A stretch of DNA of 64,000 nucleotides from an uncultured Candidatus Sumerlaeota bacterium (GTDB taxonomy: Bacteria > Sumerlaeota > Sumerlaeia > SLMS01 > JAHLLQ01), in assembly GCA_964580585.1 (NCBI GenBank), contig CAZOKZ010000003.1, forward strand, positions 51,468-115,467. Direction: 5' to 3'. The stretch's first letter is position 1, and the number at the start of each line of letters is the position of its first letter. The notes below the pieces were generated by a model that saw only the letters and a list, made by a program, of their open reading frames with translations, made no database searches and was not told where the DNA came from. A program made the translations under genes and the position numbers. Below are positions 19,201-28,169 of this stretch, piece after piece.

Positions 19201-19472
19201 GGTAGCGCCACGGGTTCTTCGGTTTCTTCCGGGATGGAAACCGGTTTCGGGATTTCTATCGGTTCGGAAGGCGCTGGTTCGGCAGCGGGAGTTTCGAGCG
19301 AAGCCGCAACCGAAGCAGCCGGAGTTTCATATTCAGGAGCATGCGTCAGGTCTTGATTTTCGACAGCCGACTCCCGAGCTTCCATCTCGCGCACGCGGGC
19401 TTCGAGAGCCTCCAGACGGCGCGATTGCTCGGTAATCAGTTGACGTAACTGTTCGATGTCGGATTCGGCCAT
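16230..19472 (-). CDS. Large polytopic membrane protein, DUF2339-like
   Basis: Has an N-terminal coiled coil (LEALEARVREMEARE) and a Pro-rich linker (~150 aa). More than 20 predicted TM helices follow. Confidence 0.5.
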   Translation of the reverse strand: MAESDIEQLRQLITEQSRRLEALEARVREMEARESAVENQDLTHAPEYETPAASVAASLETPAAEPAPSEPIEIPKPVSIPEETEEPVALPVAAQETHPPVEIAPPAPPAFDHLAETPTPPPATPVEHTPPQVSPPIPVTPAVQQPPYSAPSPAPAQFMSEEEFHGKIAKATPPAPSPAKRDEGWEVRLMTTWLPRIGGVFALIGAAIIAALFDSPWLKVGIGYGVAGMLGLAGFWAKRRSETAGHVTIAISLALAYFVSFGGGFIDAMAIFPRMFALLLMVGFAGGIVGLAERWRSEGVAGMGFGLGVLAALISANTSAGFALINLSVLALAAGVLLVRHEWKRLTSLALVGTYLATLGLWIISPIDHSPLPVMTHLGALLFYHLVFSAAFLKWGRIWLARERAAEEAVRHDAAPEIVLESSPFSTGGALLNSLLFSALSVYLVWSTSVFWDRVHVLLFALAGLEAARLFVPMLRRGTLLGFHALMVFVLAASGIVAAFSGMAESAVMAAMALVVAIAATRSRGMRWLRPLTAVCAFLTVLPYFKSVALTTPFDFVAAMLPGIFLLASALPWERIWVRKVESFTHGPLMWIELGAGQFRSLVAVVSIIWAMGEYFNNNDLGIILSVGIASSLLVLGMAVLRARAWFLGTVIFCLGAFFFMMDNAGSTARYVPLQFVWWGAMLYLWGDCARKTLHLPARILNILVQLCIALCLILYAGVRLEHHDPFSGILAALMAGAAAFIALLGNRLPELPVLVRQPDVDPYEKFRHNSFDTTWEIFRPGYFGGLALAGLALLLAVMVDAKTNLVSAGVLSIAGIGAWFMTARRMKSNFVAQTLILLAVTVVWNGALFVFGDGEIPFIFGAMISVGIFYVLGIARRRFALLAVSVPWLMLIPSFCIAAFVTLNSVPRFDALCGLGVALLALVAHRLLLIAKQRFDVEQLSKFWQAFFSPAMNYWLVFAGTLTGLVFLASGALVTDVLITASWGVVFIALIVSGLLMADRAFRYAGISTLIFTIARIFAHDLVSSPLRTKGVAFFAVGLFTIFGGLAYVFLQRRLLPQEKPDSEPSVPPSPNDEGSSTP

Positions 19473-19659
19473 GACGAACGACTTTCGCAGAAAGCAGGAT
19501 AAGAGGTTTCGATGACGCGATGGTGGGGGGAGAAGCGGGGGATTGTCAATAGCAAACGATCATTTACTAAAAATCGATTCTCCGAATCGGCGCGCGGTGT
19601 ATTTGATTCGCAGGCAGGGATCGGATGAAGGCGCCCTTTGGATCAGGCCTGCTCGCAAA

Positions 19660-19690
19660 CCGGATTGACAAAACCAGCCTTGCTCCCATT
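19660..19690 (+). promoter_or_regulatory. Possible sigma70-type promoter for the GH2 gene
   Basis: TTGACA is followed by an 18-nt spacer and a TTTTATTT-type -10 element. It lies in the divergent intergenic region. Confidence 0.2.
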
Positions 19691-19809
19691 TTATTTATTC
19701 TCCATGGTGTGTTGTAACTGAGCCGAAGTGTTGCCAGGAGCCGGTGCTGCTTCTGGGTGGCTGTTGCAACCCAGTGGCTGGGGCGATCAAGACAACGAGA
19801 AGCGATTTT

Positions 19810-22503
19810 ATGGGCGATTTGGGATTTTCGTTGGACAAAAACTGGAAGGTTCGCGAGGTCGAACCTTACGAGGTGGCGGATTTCGCCCAACGACTTCTGC
19901 CCCCGGCAGTTTCTCAGGGCGCGTGGCTCAGTGCGCGTGTTCCCGGCAGCGTTCATCTGGACCTGATCGCGGGTCATCGGATGCCCAATCCGTTTAAGGG
20001 CGACAACGTCCGCACCAGCACCTGGGTCGAAAAACAGGACTTTGTTTACAAAACGAGTTTTCTCTTTCCCGTCGAGTGGGAAAAGCGGCTTTCGCAGTCG
20101 GACCAATGTGTCGAATTGACGTTTGACGGTCTCGATACGTTCGCGACCATTTATTTGAATGGCGAATATTTGGGTGAATCCTCGAACCAGTTTTTGCCGC
20201 TGACTCTTGACATTACCCGACGCGTGCGACCGGGTGAAAATGTGCTGATCGTGCATTTCGATTCCACGGTGAAACGTTGCACCCAGCGCGAAATCGAATA
20301 CGGTAAACTGGCCGCCGAGCACGATCGTTCACGCGTGTATGCGCGGCGCGAGCAGTTCCTGACCGGCTGGTCCATGACACCGCGTCTCTCCGGTTGCGGG
20401 ATGACGGGCAACGTGACCGTTCGCCGCGTCAATTTACTGCGGTTGCAGTCGGTCAGCTTCCCGATTTCCATGCTGTCGGGTAACCAGGCGCGGTTTTCTC
20501 TCGAAACAAACATCGAATCGCTGACCGATCGCACGATTGATTTGGAGTACACCATCGATCGTCTCGATCCGGTTGGTTCGGGAAGCAAATACAACGCGGT
20601 AACGGTGGCTCAGGACTCGAAACGTCTCGGTTTGCGCATGGGGAATTTTAAATTTGCGCCCAGCGTGAAGCTCGATGACCCGGCGCTCTGGTGGCCCTTG
20701 GGTTACGGGCAGGGTCGTCGCCAGTTGTACCGGTTGCGAATGGTAGCGCGTCTGGATGGTGAAATTCTCGATGAATTAGAAACACATTTTGGCCTGCGGA
20801 AAGTCGAATTGATCACCGCCAACGAACAAGGCGGGTTTCATTTTGAAATAAATGGCCAACCCGTTTATGCGCGTGGAGCTATTTGGGTGCCGCCGGATAT
20901 TTTCCACGGTCGCGCGTCCGATTCACACGTGCGACGATTGCTCGATCAAGCCGCCGCCGCCAACATCAATATGTTACGTGTGTGGGGCGGAGGACGTTAC
21001 GAATCCGAGGCCTTTTACCGCCGATGCGATGAACTGGGTATCATGGTGTGGCAGGACTTTATGTTTACGCGCGGCGAATACCCCGATTATCAGGCTTTCT
21101 GGCAGAACGTGCAACGCGAGGCGACTCACCAGATCAAGCGACTGCGCAATCATCCGTCGCTGGTTGTGTGGTGCGGAAACGATGCCAAGGAATGGAGCGA
21201 TTACGAACGTCGCGGAAATTGGGATCGCCAAAAAGGCTCACGGATTTTTTCCCGCATGTTGGGACAACTGTGCAGCAAATACGATTCCACGCGCCCATAT
21301 TGGCAATCCAGTCCGTTTGGCGGCGAAAACCCCAACAGTCCTGACCAAGGCGATCATCACGCCGAAGTTTGGAATAATTGGGATGCGCCTGCCAAATACC
21401 GCGACGTGCGTGCGCGATTTATTTCGTCCTTTGGATTCCAGGCGCTGCCCAGCGAAGAATGCATTCAGTCGTTTACGAGCGAAGTCGATCATACGTTGAA
21501 CCATCCGGACTTCGATTTACATCAATTGCAATCCGACGGGAACGCGCGACTCTTCCGATACATTGTGGCGCATCTCCGTCCCCCGGAATCGTTTGAAGAG
21601 CTCGTGTATTTCAGCCAGTGGGTTCAGGCCAACGCGCTTTCGTCGGCCATCGATGCGTGGCGCGCAGCCAAACCGCAAACGATGGGGTCGCTTGTGTGGC
21701 ACTTCAACGATTGCTGGCCGGGAATCACATGGTCGCTCGTCGATTATTTGCGCAACCCGAAGCTCGCATACTGGGCCGTGCGCCAGGCATACATGCCGAT
21801 TTCTTTGATCATGATGAATGCGGAAGACGGCTTGCATGTCGTCATCGTGCACGATGGCCCGCGCAACGAAGGTTTGCAAAAACTCGTGTGTCGGTTGAAG
21901 GCTTATCAACTTACCGGCGAGCTGATCGATTGGCGCGACACCGAGGTGGAGTTGGCCGCAGGTGGTAAAGTGGACGTCGGATTGTTTTCGTACGAATCGC
22001 TCAGCATCCAAGATCCGCGTCGCACCGTAATCGTTGGCGAGCTGTGCGCGGGACGCACCGTCCTGGCGTCGAAATTATTCTCGCCCGTCGAACCGAAAAA
22101 AGCGCCCTATCCCGAACCCGAATTAACGTGCCAACTCGACTGTGTACTGGCCGGAGCGCGCGGTGTGTTCATGGTGCGCGCGAAAAACGTCGTACGTTGT
22201 GTGGAATTGCGATTCAAAGACATGCCCGAAGCGCGAATTCGCTTTGAAAACGGGTTCGATATCTGGCCCAGCCGCGAAGTATGGATTACCGCCGATTTGC
22301 CGCTCAATACACCGCGTGAAAAAATTATGGAGAGCATGCAATTTCGTTGCCTGAACGATTCGGTGTTCGAGCGCAATATTATCTGGCACGACCTGCCCGT
22401 TCGCGAAGGGGGCGAAAGCCGCGCCGACGACACGATGCTCGACGCGCCCGTCATCGCCGCGCGCCTGCGCACCTCCGACGTGGTGCCGAAGTTGAAGGAT
22501 TAA
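19810..22503 (+). CDS. Glycoside hydrolase family 2, beta-mannosidase-like
   Basis: Shows GH2 sugar-binding, Ig-like and TIM-barrel signatures (WCGND..E, FMFTRGEYPD). MGDLGFS at 19810 is the likely start within the longer ORF. No obvious signal peptide is present. Confidence 0.75.
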   Translation: MGDLGFSLDKNWKVREVEPYEVADFAQRLLPPAVSQGAWLSARVPGSVHLDLIAGHRMPNPFKGDNVRTSTWVEKQDFVYKTSFLFPVEWEKRLSQSDQCVELTFDGLDTFATIYLNGEYLGESSNQFLPLTLDITRRVRPGENVLIVHFDSTVKRCTQREIEYGKLAAEHDRSRVYARREQFLTGWSMTPRLSGCGMTGNVTVRRVNLLRLQSVSFPISMLSGNQARFSLETNIESLTDRTIDLEYTIDRLDPVGSGSKYNAVTVAQDSKRLGLRMGNFKFAPSVKLDDPALWWPLGYGQGRRQLYRLRMVARLDGEILDELETHFGLRKVELITANEQGGFHFEINGQPVYARGAIWVPPDIFHGRASDSHVRRLLDQAAAANINMLRVWGGGRYESEAFYRRCDELGIMVWQDFMFTRGEYPDYQAFWQNVQREATHQIKRLRNHPSLVVWCGNDAKEWSDYERRGNWDRQKGSRIFSRMLGQLCSKYDSTRPYWQSSPFGGENPNSPDQGDHHAEVWNNWDAPAKYRDVRARFISSFGFQALPSEECIQSFTSEVDHTLNHPDFDLHQLQSDGNARLFRYIVAHLRPPESFEELVYFSQWVQANALSSAIDAWRAAKPQTMGSLVWHFNDCWPGITWSLVDYLRNPKLAYWAVRQAYMPISLIMMNAEDGLHVVIVHDGPRNEGLQKLVCRLKAYQLTGELIDWRDTEVELAAGGKVDVGLFSYESLSIQDPRRTVIVGELCAGRTVLASKLFSPVEPKKAPYPEPELTCQLDCVLAGARGVFMVRAKNVVRCVELRFKDMPEARIRFENGFDIWPSREVWITADLPLNTPREKIMESMQFRCLNDSVFERNIIWHDLPVREGGESRADDTMLDAPVIAARLRTSDVVPKLKD

Positions 22504-22662
22504 GCGGGCGAGGGCAAACCTCGGGGACGGAGCGCGGGTTATGTATATTAATCTGCCACAGAGGATTCAGAGAACACCGAGAATTTCAGAATAGAGAAAT
22601 TAGCCCTGATATTCGTCAGGTAACGGGGATGGCTTGTACATCAGAATTATGAAATTGATACA

Positions 22663-23010
22663 TTGGATCTGAGAGTTTCGGACATGGAAGAAAAATCGCG
22701 AATTGGTGCCGGCTGGGAATTGGTGGGGTTGTGCTTTATTTTAGGGGGAACCTATTTCGTGTTGAGTGCTTTCAATAGCGGTATTGGTGTGCTTCCCATT
22801 GCGTTTTTTGTATTCTTTCTTGCTGGTGTTTGCTATGCGTTTGCTCGAATTCTTCGTGAACTTAATAAAATTCAAGAGCAAACCAAAGAGAACGGACGAT
22901 TGCTAAAACTCTTAGCCCAGGAAAACGATCATAAAAAAACCAGAGAGGTTTCGACGAAGACGGGCACCTCAACTGAAGTGCCTAAAATCGCAACTGGTCA
23001 CCCATTTTGA
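22663..23010 (+). CDS. Small membrane protein (2 TM), hypothetical
   Basis: The region is lower-GC (~43%). The gene overlaps the next gene by 4 nt. Confidence 0.35.
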   Translation: MDLRVSDMEEKSRIGAGWELVGLCFILGGTYFVLSAFNSGIGVLPIAFFVFFLAGVCYAFARILRELNKIQEQTKENGRLLKLLAQENDHKKTREVSTKTGTSTEVPKIATGHPF

Positions 23011-23576
23011 AACGCCTGCACCAGATTGTATTAATCGCTTCTCTTGCTGGGATTTGCTGGCTTGGAATGCAGGCAATTCATGAACTTGGGCATGTTCTCG
23101 GAGCAGTAATTACGGGAGGTTCCATCTCCAAAGTTGTTTTGCATCCATTGGAAATTTCCCGGACCGATCTGGCAAACAATCCCCATCCACTCGTTGTCGT
23201 TTGGCTGGGACCGATAGTGGGCGTTCTGGTTCCATTGCTCGTTTGGTTTGTTGTTTGGAAATGGAAATTTCCCGGCGAATATATTTATCGAAGCGTTGCG
23301 GGATTTTGCCTGGTTGCCAACGGAGGTTACATTGCCAGCGACGCGTTTTTTCGTGTGGGGGACGGAGGCGATATGATTCGCCACGGGTCTAGTGTATGGC
23401 AATTGCTTGCGTTTGGCTTGTTGACGTTTCCGTGTGGAATCGCACTTTGGCATGGCCTTGGTCCAAAGTTCGGATTCGGTGAATCTCACGAAAAAGTGGA
23501 TCGACAAACCACACTTGTTTTGCTCGTCTTATTAGTAGTGTTATCCGGTATTGAATTCTTGATCGATAGCCGATGA
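23007..23576 (+). CDS. Peptidase M50B-like small membrane metalloprotease (HELGH in TM helix)
   Basis: Has IHELGHVLGAVITGG and about 5 TM helices over ~190 aa, matching site-2-protease-like M50B proteins. Confidence 0.45.
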   Translation: MKRLHQIVLIASLAGICWLGMQAIHELGHVLGAVITGGSISKVVLHPLEISRTDLANNPHPLVVVWLGPIVGVLVPLLVWFVVWKWKFPGEYIYRSVAGFCLVANGGYIASDAFFRVGDGGDMIRHGSSVWQLLAFGLLTFPCGIALWHGLGPKFGFGESHEKVDRQTTLVLLVLLVVLSGIEFLIDSR

Positions 23577-23629
23577 AGAATGTAAAAATTGGAAGCGGTG
23601 AACTATAAACTATTAACTAAGAACTCCTC

Positions 23630-25024
23630 ATGACTCGCTTACTTATCATCGAAGACGACGCTGTATTTGCCAATCGCCTTGCGCGGAATTTGGGACTCGA
23701 TGGATTCGATGCGCAAGTTGCCGAAGGCCCCGAGGCGGGGTTGCAACTTCTTGCCGCCTCGCGATTCGACGCGGTGATTTGCGATATTAAAATGCCGGGC
23801 ATGAGCGGCCTTGAACTTCTCAGTCGCGTGCGCGAAGGTCGCGAAGCTGCCATCGATCCTGACATTCCCATCTTGATGCTCACGTCGGTGAACAGCGTCG
23901 AAACAGCGGTCGATGCCATGCAACGCGGGGCGAGCGATTACCTGACGAAAGAAGCCGGGCGCCAGGAAGTCGCCGTGCGGTTGCGCAAAGCGCTCGACCA
24001 GCGCGCCGTGGCCGAGGAAAACCGTCGCCTGCGCGCGACCATCGAACGGGTCGATGAATTCAGTCAACTGGTGGGCGCCTCTTCCGGCATCGAAAAAATC
24101 AAAGAAGAAATCGCGCAAGTCGCTGAAACAAACGCTACCGTGATGTTGCTTGGCGAAACGGGCGTGGGTAAAGAACTCGTCGCGCGTGCCATTCACCGCG
24201 CGTCGGGTCGTACGGGCGACTTTGTCGATATTAACGGCGCGTTGCTGCCCGATGATACGATGTTACAGAGCGAACTTTTCGGTCATGAACGCGGATCGTT
24301 TACCGATGCGAAGGCGCAGAAAAAAGGCAAGTTCGAGTTGGCCGACGGCGGAACGTTATTCATCGACGAAGTGGGTGAAATTTCGCGCGAAGTGCAGGCG
24401 AAACTGTTGCGCGCGCTTGAAACCATGAACTTCACACGCGTGGGCGGCACGCGTTCGATCACCGTTGATGTGCGTATCATCGTGGCGACGAATCGCGACC
24501 TTGGCGAAAGCGTGCGTGAGGGCACGTTTCGAGACGATCTCTACTATCGATTGAACGTTTTTCCGATTCAAATTCCTCCACTTCGTCAACGCCGCGAAGA
24601 CATCACACCGCTGGTGCAATTTTTCCTCGCACGCGCGGCGGCGCGTTACTCACGACCAAGACCGGAAATTCAACCGGAGGGCATGGCGCTTCTGCGAGCG
24701 TACGATTGGCCCGGGAATATTCGCGAACTGCGCAATATCTGCGAGCGCTTGCTGATTCGTGCGCGTGGCGGGTCGATATTAACGGCCGACGATGTGCACA
24801 CGTGCGGAATCGGACCCCGCGATTCAACCGCCAGCGTAGTCGATATTCCCGACGACGGTCTCAACCTCGATGAATTGGAGCAAAAGCTCGTGCTCGAAGC
24901 CCTGCGCCGCACCGATTGGAACCAAACCGAGGCGGCAAAACTGCTCGGCATTTCCGTCGATCGCATGAACAATCGCGTGCGTAAATTCGGCTTCACGCAT
25001 CCGCGTTGGCGGGTGAATAAATAG
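23630..25024 (+). CDS. Sigma-54-dependent response regulator (NtrC family: REC + AAA+ sigma54 activation domain + Fis-type HTH)
   Basis: Shows the REC Asp pocket (EDD...D) and Walker A GETGVGKE. The sequence ELFGHERGSFTDA replaces the usual GAFTGA loop. The C-terminal HTH reads QTEAAKLLGIS. Confidence 0.9.
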   Translation: MTRLLIIEDDAVFANRLARNLGLDGFDAQVAEGPEAGLQLLAASRFDAVICDIKMPGMSGLELLSRVREGREAAIDPDIPILMLTSVNSVETAVDAMQRGASDYLTKEAGRQEVAVRLRKALDQRAVAEENRRLRATIERVDEFSQLVGASSGIEKIKEEIAQVAETNATVMLLGETGVGKELVARAIHRASGRTGDFVDINGALLPDDTMLQSELFGHERGSFTDAKAQKKGKFELADGGTLFIDEVGEISREVQAKLLRALETMNFTRVGGTRSITVDVRIIVATNRDLGESVREGTFRDDLYYRLNVFPIQIPPLRQRREDITPLVQFFLARAAARYSRPRPEIQPEGMALLRAYDWPGNIRELRNICERLLIRARGGSILTADDVHTCGIGPRDSTASVVDIPDDGLNLDELEQKLVLEALRRTDWNQTEAAKLLGISVDRMNNRVRKFGFTHPRWRVNK

Positions 25025-25036
25025 GGAGGCTCGATC

Positions 25037-26098
25037 ATGTTCAGCGGTCATTCGATGGAATGCAACAAGGCGCTTTTTCTTGTATTATCCTTTGCATGGT
25101 TAATAAACGTTGCGTGGGCCGAACCCATTCACAATCCAACTTTGGATACGGTCGAATGGACGTTGGAAGTTAAAAATTCAAGCGTCGAAGTTTTAGACGC
25201 CGTTGAATTTCAAATTCGGCTTCATAATCCCTCACAGACCGAAACCGTAATCGTTGATCGCCGATTATGGGACCCCAGTTTGCTCTCGAATTTTCCTGGT
25301 CTGAAGGCCACCTTGATTGGCAGCGACAAGAGCATAAAATTTTCGCCTGGCATGTTGGTTTGCGATCTGAGTCCTGGACGATCTTGGGATACAGTCAGCG
25401 ATTTTCCAGCAAGCAGGCGTTACGATATTCCGCCGGGTGAAACGATACTCATACCGGTGACAATCCAATCGTACCTGGATACCGCCCCGCCGACACGATT
25501 CTGCATACCCGGAACTTACCGTGTAACTTATCAACCAACAATTGAAGATGCCATCGAACAATCGATCGAAATCGAAATTCGCGCCCCCAATGTTTCCGAT
25601 CGCGTGAATTATAATAGCCTGGATCGCGCGCAGATTTTCAAACGTTGCATTGGCGGAGACCCACATTTCATCGAAGCTCTCGAATCGATGAAAATGGGGG
25701 ACCCCCAGCGTTTATGGATGATTCAAGGGTTTCCTTACCACACCGCCTACCAAACGGAAAGCAAGCGTGTGTATGTTTCGCTCCTAAAACGAGAATTGTC
25801 GATGGAGGAGTTTCGAGAAATCGCTCAAGCCGTGCGGATCACGAAAGACAAAGACTACTGCCCGCTCTTGATCGCCAAGATGGAACGCTATCCCGATTTG
25901 CACGCATTGATCGCTTATTCCTTATACGATCTCGACCCCGCGACCAGCTTGCCATACCTCATGGAACAATTTCATCGTGATGTCGAAAACCCGAAACCGT
26001 ACACATCCTCCGCGCATCTACCGATTTTGGAACAAAGGATCGAAGCGGCGAAAGAAGCCGCCGCGAAAGAATCTGAAATCCAATCGAGTGAACCGTGA
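25037..26098 (+). CDS. Secreted hypothetical protein (signal peptide ...LINVAWA|EP)
   Basis: Coding potential is moderate and GC is lower than the flanks. It starts 13 nt after the sigma-54 regulator stop. Confidence 0.4.
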   Translation: MFSGHSMECNKALFLVLSFAWLINVAWAEPIHNPTLDTVEWTLEVKNSSVEVLDAVEFQIRLHNPSQTETVIVDRRLWDPSLLSNFPGLKATLIGSDKSIKFSPGMLVCDLSPGRSWDTVSDFPASRRYDIPPGETILIPVTIQSYLDTAPPTRFCIPGTYRVTYQPTIEDAIEQSIEIEIRAPNVSDRVNYNSLDRAQIFKRCIGGDPHFIEALESMKMGDPQRLWMIQGFPYHTAYQTESKRVYVSLLKRELSMEEFREIAQAVRITKDKDYCPLLIAKMERYPDLHALIAYSLYDLDPATSLPYLMEQFHRDVENPKPYTSSAHLPILEQRIEAAKEAAAKESEIQSSEP

Positions 26099-26393
26099 GC
26101 AGGGTAGTCGATTTGATTTAAAAACCGAAAACTATGAACAAAAAACTATCAAGCTTCATACTTATCCCCAACATTGCGAGAAAACAAAAATAACACTTGA
26201 CGTCCTGGCGTTTTTCGGAGAATTCATGCCCAACGCTGAGAAAGGAGGTGGTCTATATATGTGTGACTGTACCAGCGAGGTGGCTGAGTCCTAGCCCCAC
26301 GTAGAGTCGGTCAAGGCTGGTTGGCCTTTGTCCGATTGCGTCGGCCAGGAAGACCCCCTTGGTCACCGCAGATGTAACAGCAACTCATGATGA

Positions 26394-26441
26394 GCCGCCG
26401 CCTCCACATCAGCGTGAATCGCGGCGGCTTGTTTTTTTTCC
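26394..26441 (+). terminator. Rho-independent terminator
   Basis: The stem gccgccgcc / ggcggcggc (loop tccacatcagcgtgaatcgc) is followed by ttgttttttttc. Confidence 0.6.
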
Positions 26442-26647
26442 TCCCCTCATCTAAAAAAAAGATTTACCTCCTGGTAAAAATTCTCTAAAAATCAGGACAA
26501 TGCTACCCGAGAAGGTAGTGGAGTCCCCCAATTGATTGGCACGTTTATGATATTGCTTTTCGTAAATCGATAATTGTCTTATCTTAGGCTAAAAAAATAT
26601 CTGTTCAGTTCAGACTGGGGATTTCCGCCGAAAAATAAAATGTTGGA

Positions 26648-28159
26648 GTGATCCATCCAAAAATGCGACCTGTTTTCTCTTTTCACGCTTGGCGTGTTTT
26701 TTCCGCCCTTTTTGTTCTGGTGGCATGGGCTTCGTTGGGGCATGCCGGCCCATTCGATTCTTATGTCGCACGATTACCGCGTACTTCGGACGGTGGGATT
26801 CTGTTTTCCGTCAAAGCGCCCGGCGCCCGAGCAGCCTATCTGGTCGGCGATTTTAATGGGTGGGGCGGTATCAAGTCGGGCTCGATTCCCAAAGCGCGTA
26901 CCGCCATGGAAGGACCCGATGATAACGGTGTTTTTACCAAGACATTGAAACTGACGCCAGGATCCTATGGTTTTCGTTATGTGATTCACGATCATTGGGA
27001 CCTGGAGCTTCCCGTTGGGGTTGATCTGATCCCTTTTACCCCGGACGGGAACAATGTTTTGCAAGTGAACGTGAAAGGCGAAGCCGAGCCGGGAGGAACC
27101 CCCTACGTTTATCCGCCTCGTCCAACCGAAAATGGAATGGAGTTCCGCGTTTTCGCCCCCAGCTATTCCAAAGCGTATCTGGTGGGGACATTCAACAGTT
27201 GGGGAAATCAGAAACAAGGTATTGTTACCGACGAAAGCTGCGCCATGCAGTCCGTGGACTATAGCGAATTCGTGAAAACGATATCGCTGTCTCCGGGCAA
27301 ATACGAGTACATGGTCAATTTGGATAATCGAGCCGACCGCTGGATGCACGGTTCGGATCAACTTCCAATGGGTCCTTCGGGACGGCGTTTTTTTATGGTC
27401 GAATTCAACCCGCTGGGAAAACCCAAGGACACCCTGTTCGCCTTCCCACCACGTGTCGTAAATGGGGGAGTCGAATTTTGTATTTTTGCGCCCGATTCGA
27501 CCAAGGTCAGTATCGCGGGAACCTTTAACGGATGGGGAAACCATAAAGATGGTCAAATCAATTCGGAAGAAGCGCAAATGGCAGCGGCAGGCAATGGTTT
27601 CTTCTTTAAGAAATTTGACCTGATACCCGAGACCTATTCCTTCCAATACGTTGTCGAAGGCAACTTTGGTGGATGGCACAAAGTGGACGAAAAATACCTG
27701 CCGCGCGATCATGACAGCAATAGCATGTTTACCCTTTCGGGCGATCAAATTACCGAGATGAAGGGGAAGCGCGATCCACGCATGGATTACGCGGAGTTGC
27801 TCGATCTCAATCCATCGCGACTTTCACACTACTCATCCCGATTCAGCCAAAGCTCGATCCAACAACCCATCATTTATCTGTTCTATCAACCGGGGAACGA
27901 CGATACATGGGAAGTCATTCGCTGGCTTCATTCCGACGAAGGAAAAGAGTACTGCTCCGCAACGCAAATTCACCTGTTCGATTGCTCAAAATATCCGGTA
28001 ACGCCAAAAGAATACAACGTCTCTGCATATCCCACCGCCGTGTGGGTAAATGAAATCGGCGAAGAACTCGGACGCACGGAATTTGACAGTTCCATGCCGC
28101 TGTTTATGGAAAAATTCAGATTCCTCGGTGGAACGGAACGCCTGACAGCCAGCAATTGA
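26648..28159 (+). CDS. Secreted protein with three tandem CBM48/AMPK-beta glycogen-binding-like (E-set) domains and a C-terminal thioredoxin-like (no CxxC) region
   Basis: The motif xFxxxAPxxxxxxLxGxFNxWG is repeated three times: FSVKAPGARAAYLVGDFNGWG, FRVFAPSYSKAYLVGTFNSWG and FCIFAPDSTKVSIAGTFNGWG. A signal peptide is present. Confidence 0.5.
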   Translation: MIHPKMRPVFSFHAWRVFSALFVLVAWASLGHAGPFDSYVARLPRTSDGGILFSVKAPGARAAYLVGDFNGWGGIKSGSIPKARTAMEGPDDNGVFTKTLKLTPGSYGFRYVIHDHWDLELPVGVDLIPFTPDGNNVLQVNVKGEAEPGGTPYVYPPRPTENGMEFRVFAPSYSKAYLVGTFNSWGNQKQGIVTDESCAMQSVDYSEFVKTISLSPGKYEYMVNLDNRADRWMHGSDQLPMGPSGRRFFMVEFNPLGKPKDTLFAFPPRVVNGGVEFCIFAPDSTKVSIAGTFNGWGNHKDGQINSEEAQMAAAGNGFFFKKFDLIPETYSFQYVVEGNFGGWHKVDEKYLPRDHDSNSMFTLSGDQITEMKGKRDPRMDYAELLDLNPSRLSHYSSRFSQSSIQQPIIYLFYQPGNDDTWEVIRWLHSDEGKEYCSATQIHLFDCSKYPVTPKEYNVSAYPTAVWVNEIGEELGRTEFDSSMPLFMEKFRFLGGTERLTASN

Positions 28160-28169
28160 CCAATCGACA

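Noticed and set aside
19744-19809. N-terminal 22 codons of the GH2 ORF (MLLLGGCCNPVAG...)
   Set aside because: This segment is not hydrophobic enough for a signal peptide and lacks an RBS. The MGDLGFS start at 19810 is preferred.
26774-27748. 324-aa minus-strand ORF
   Set aside because: It is antisense to the CBM48-repeat protein gene, which has a clear threefold repeated domain signature.
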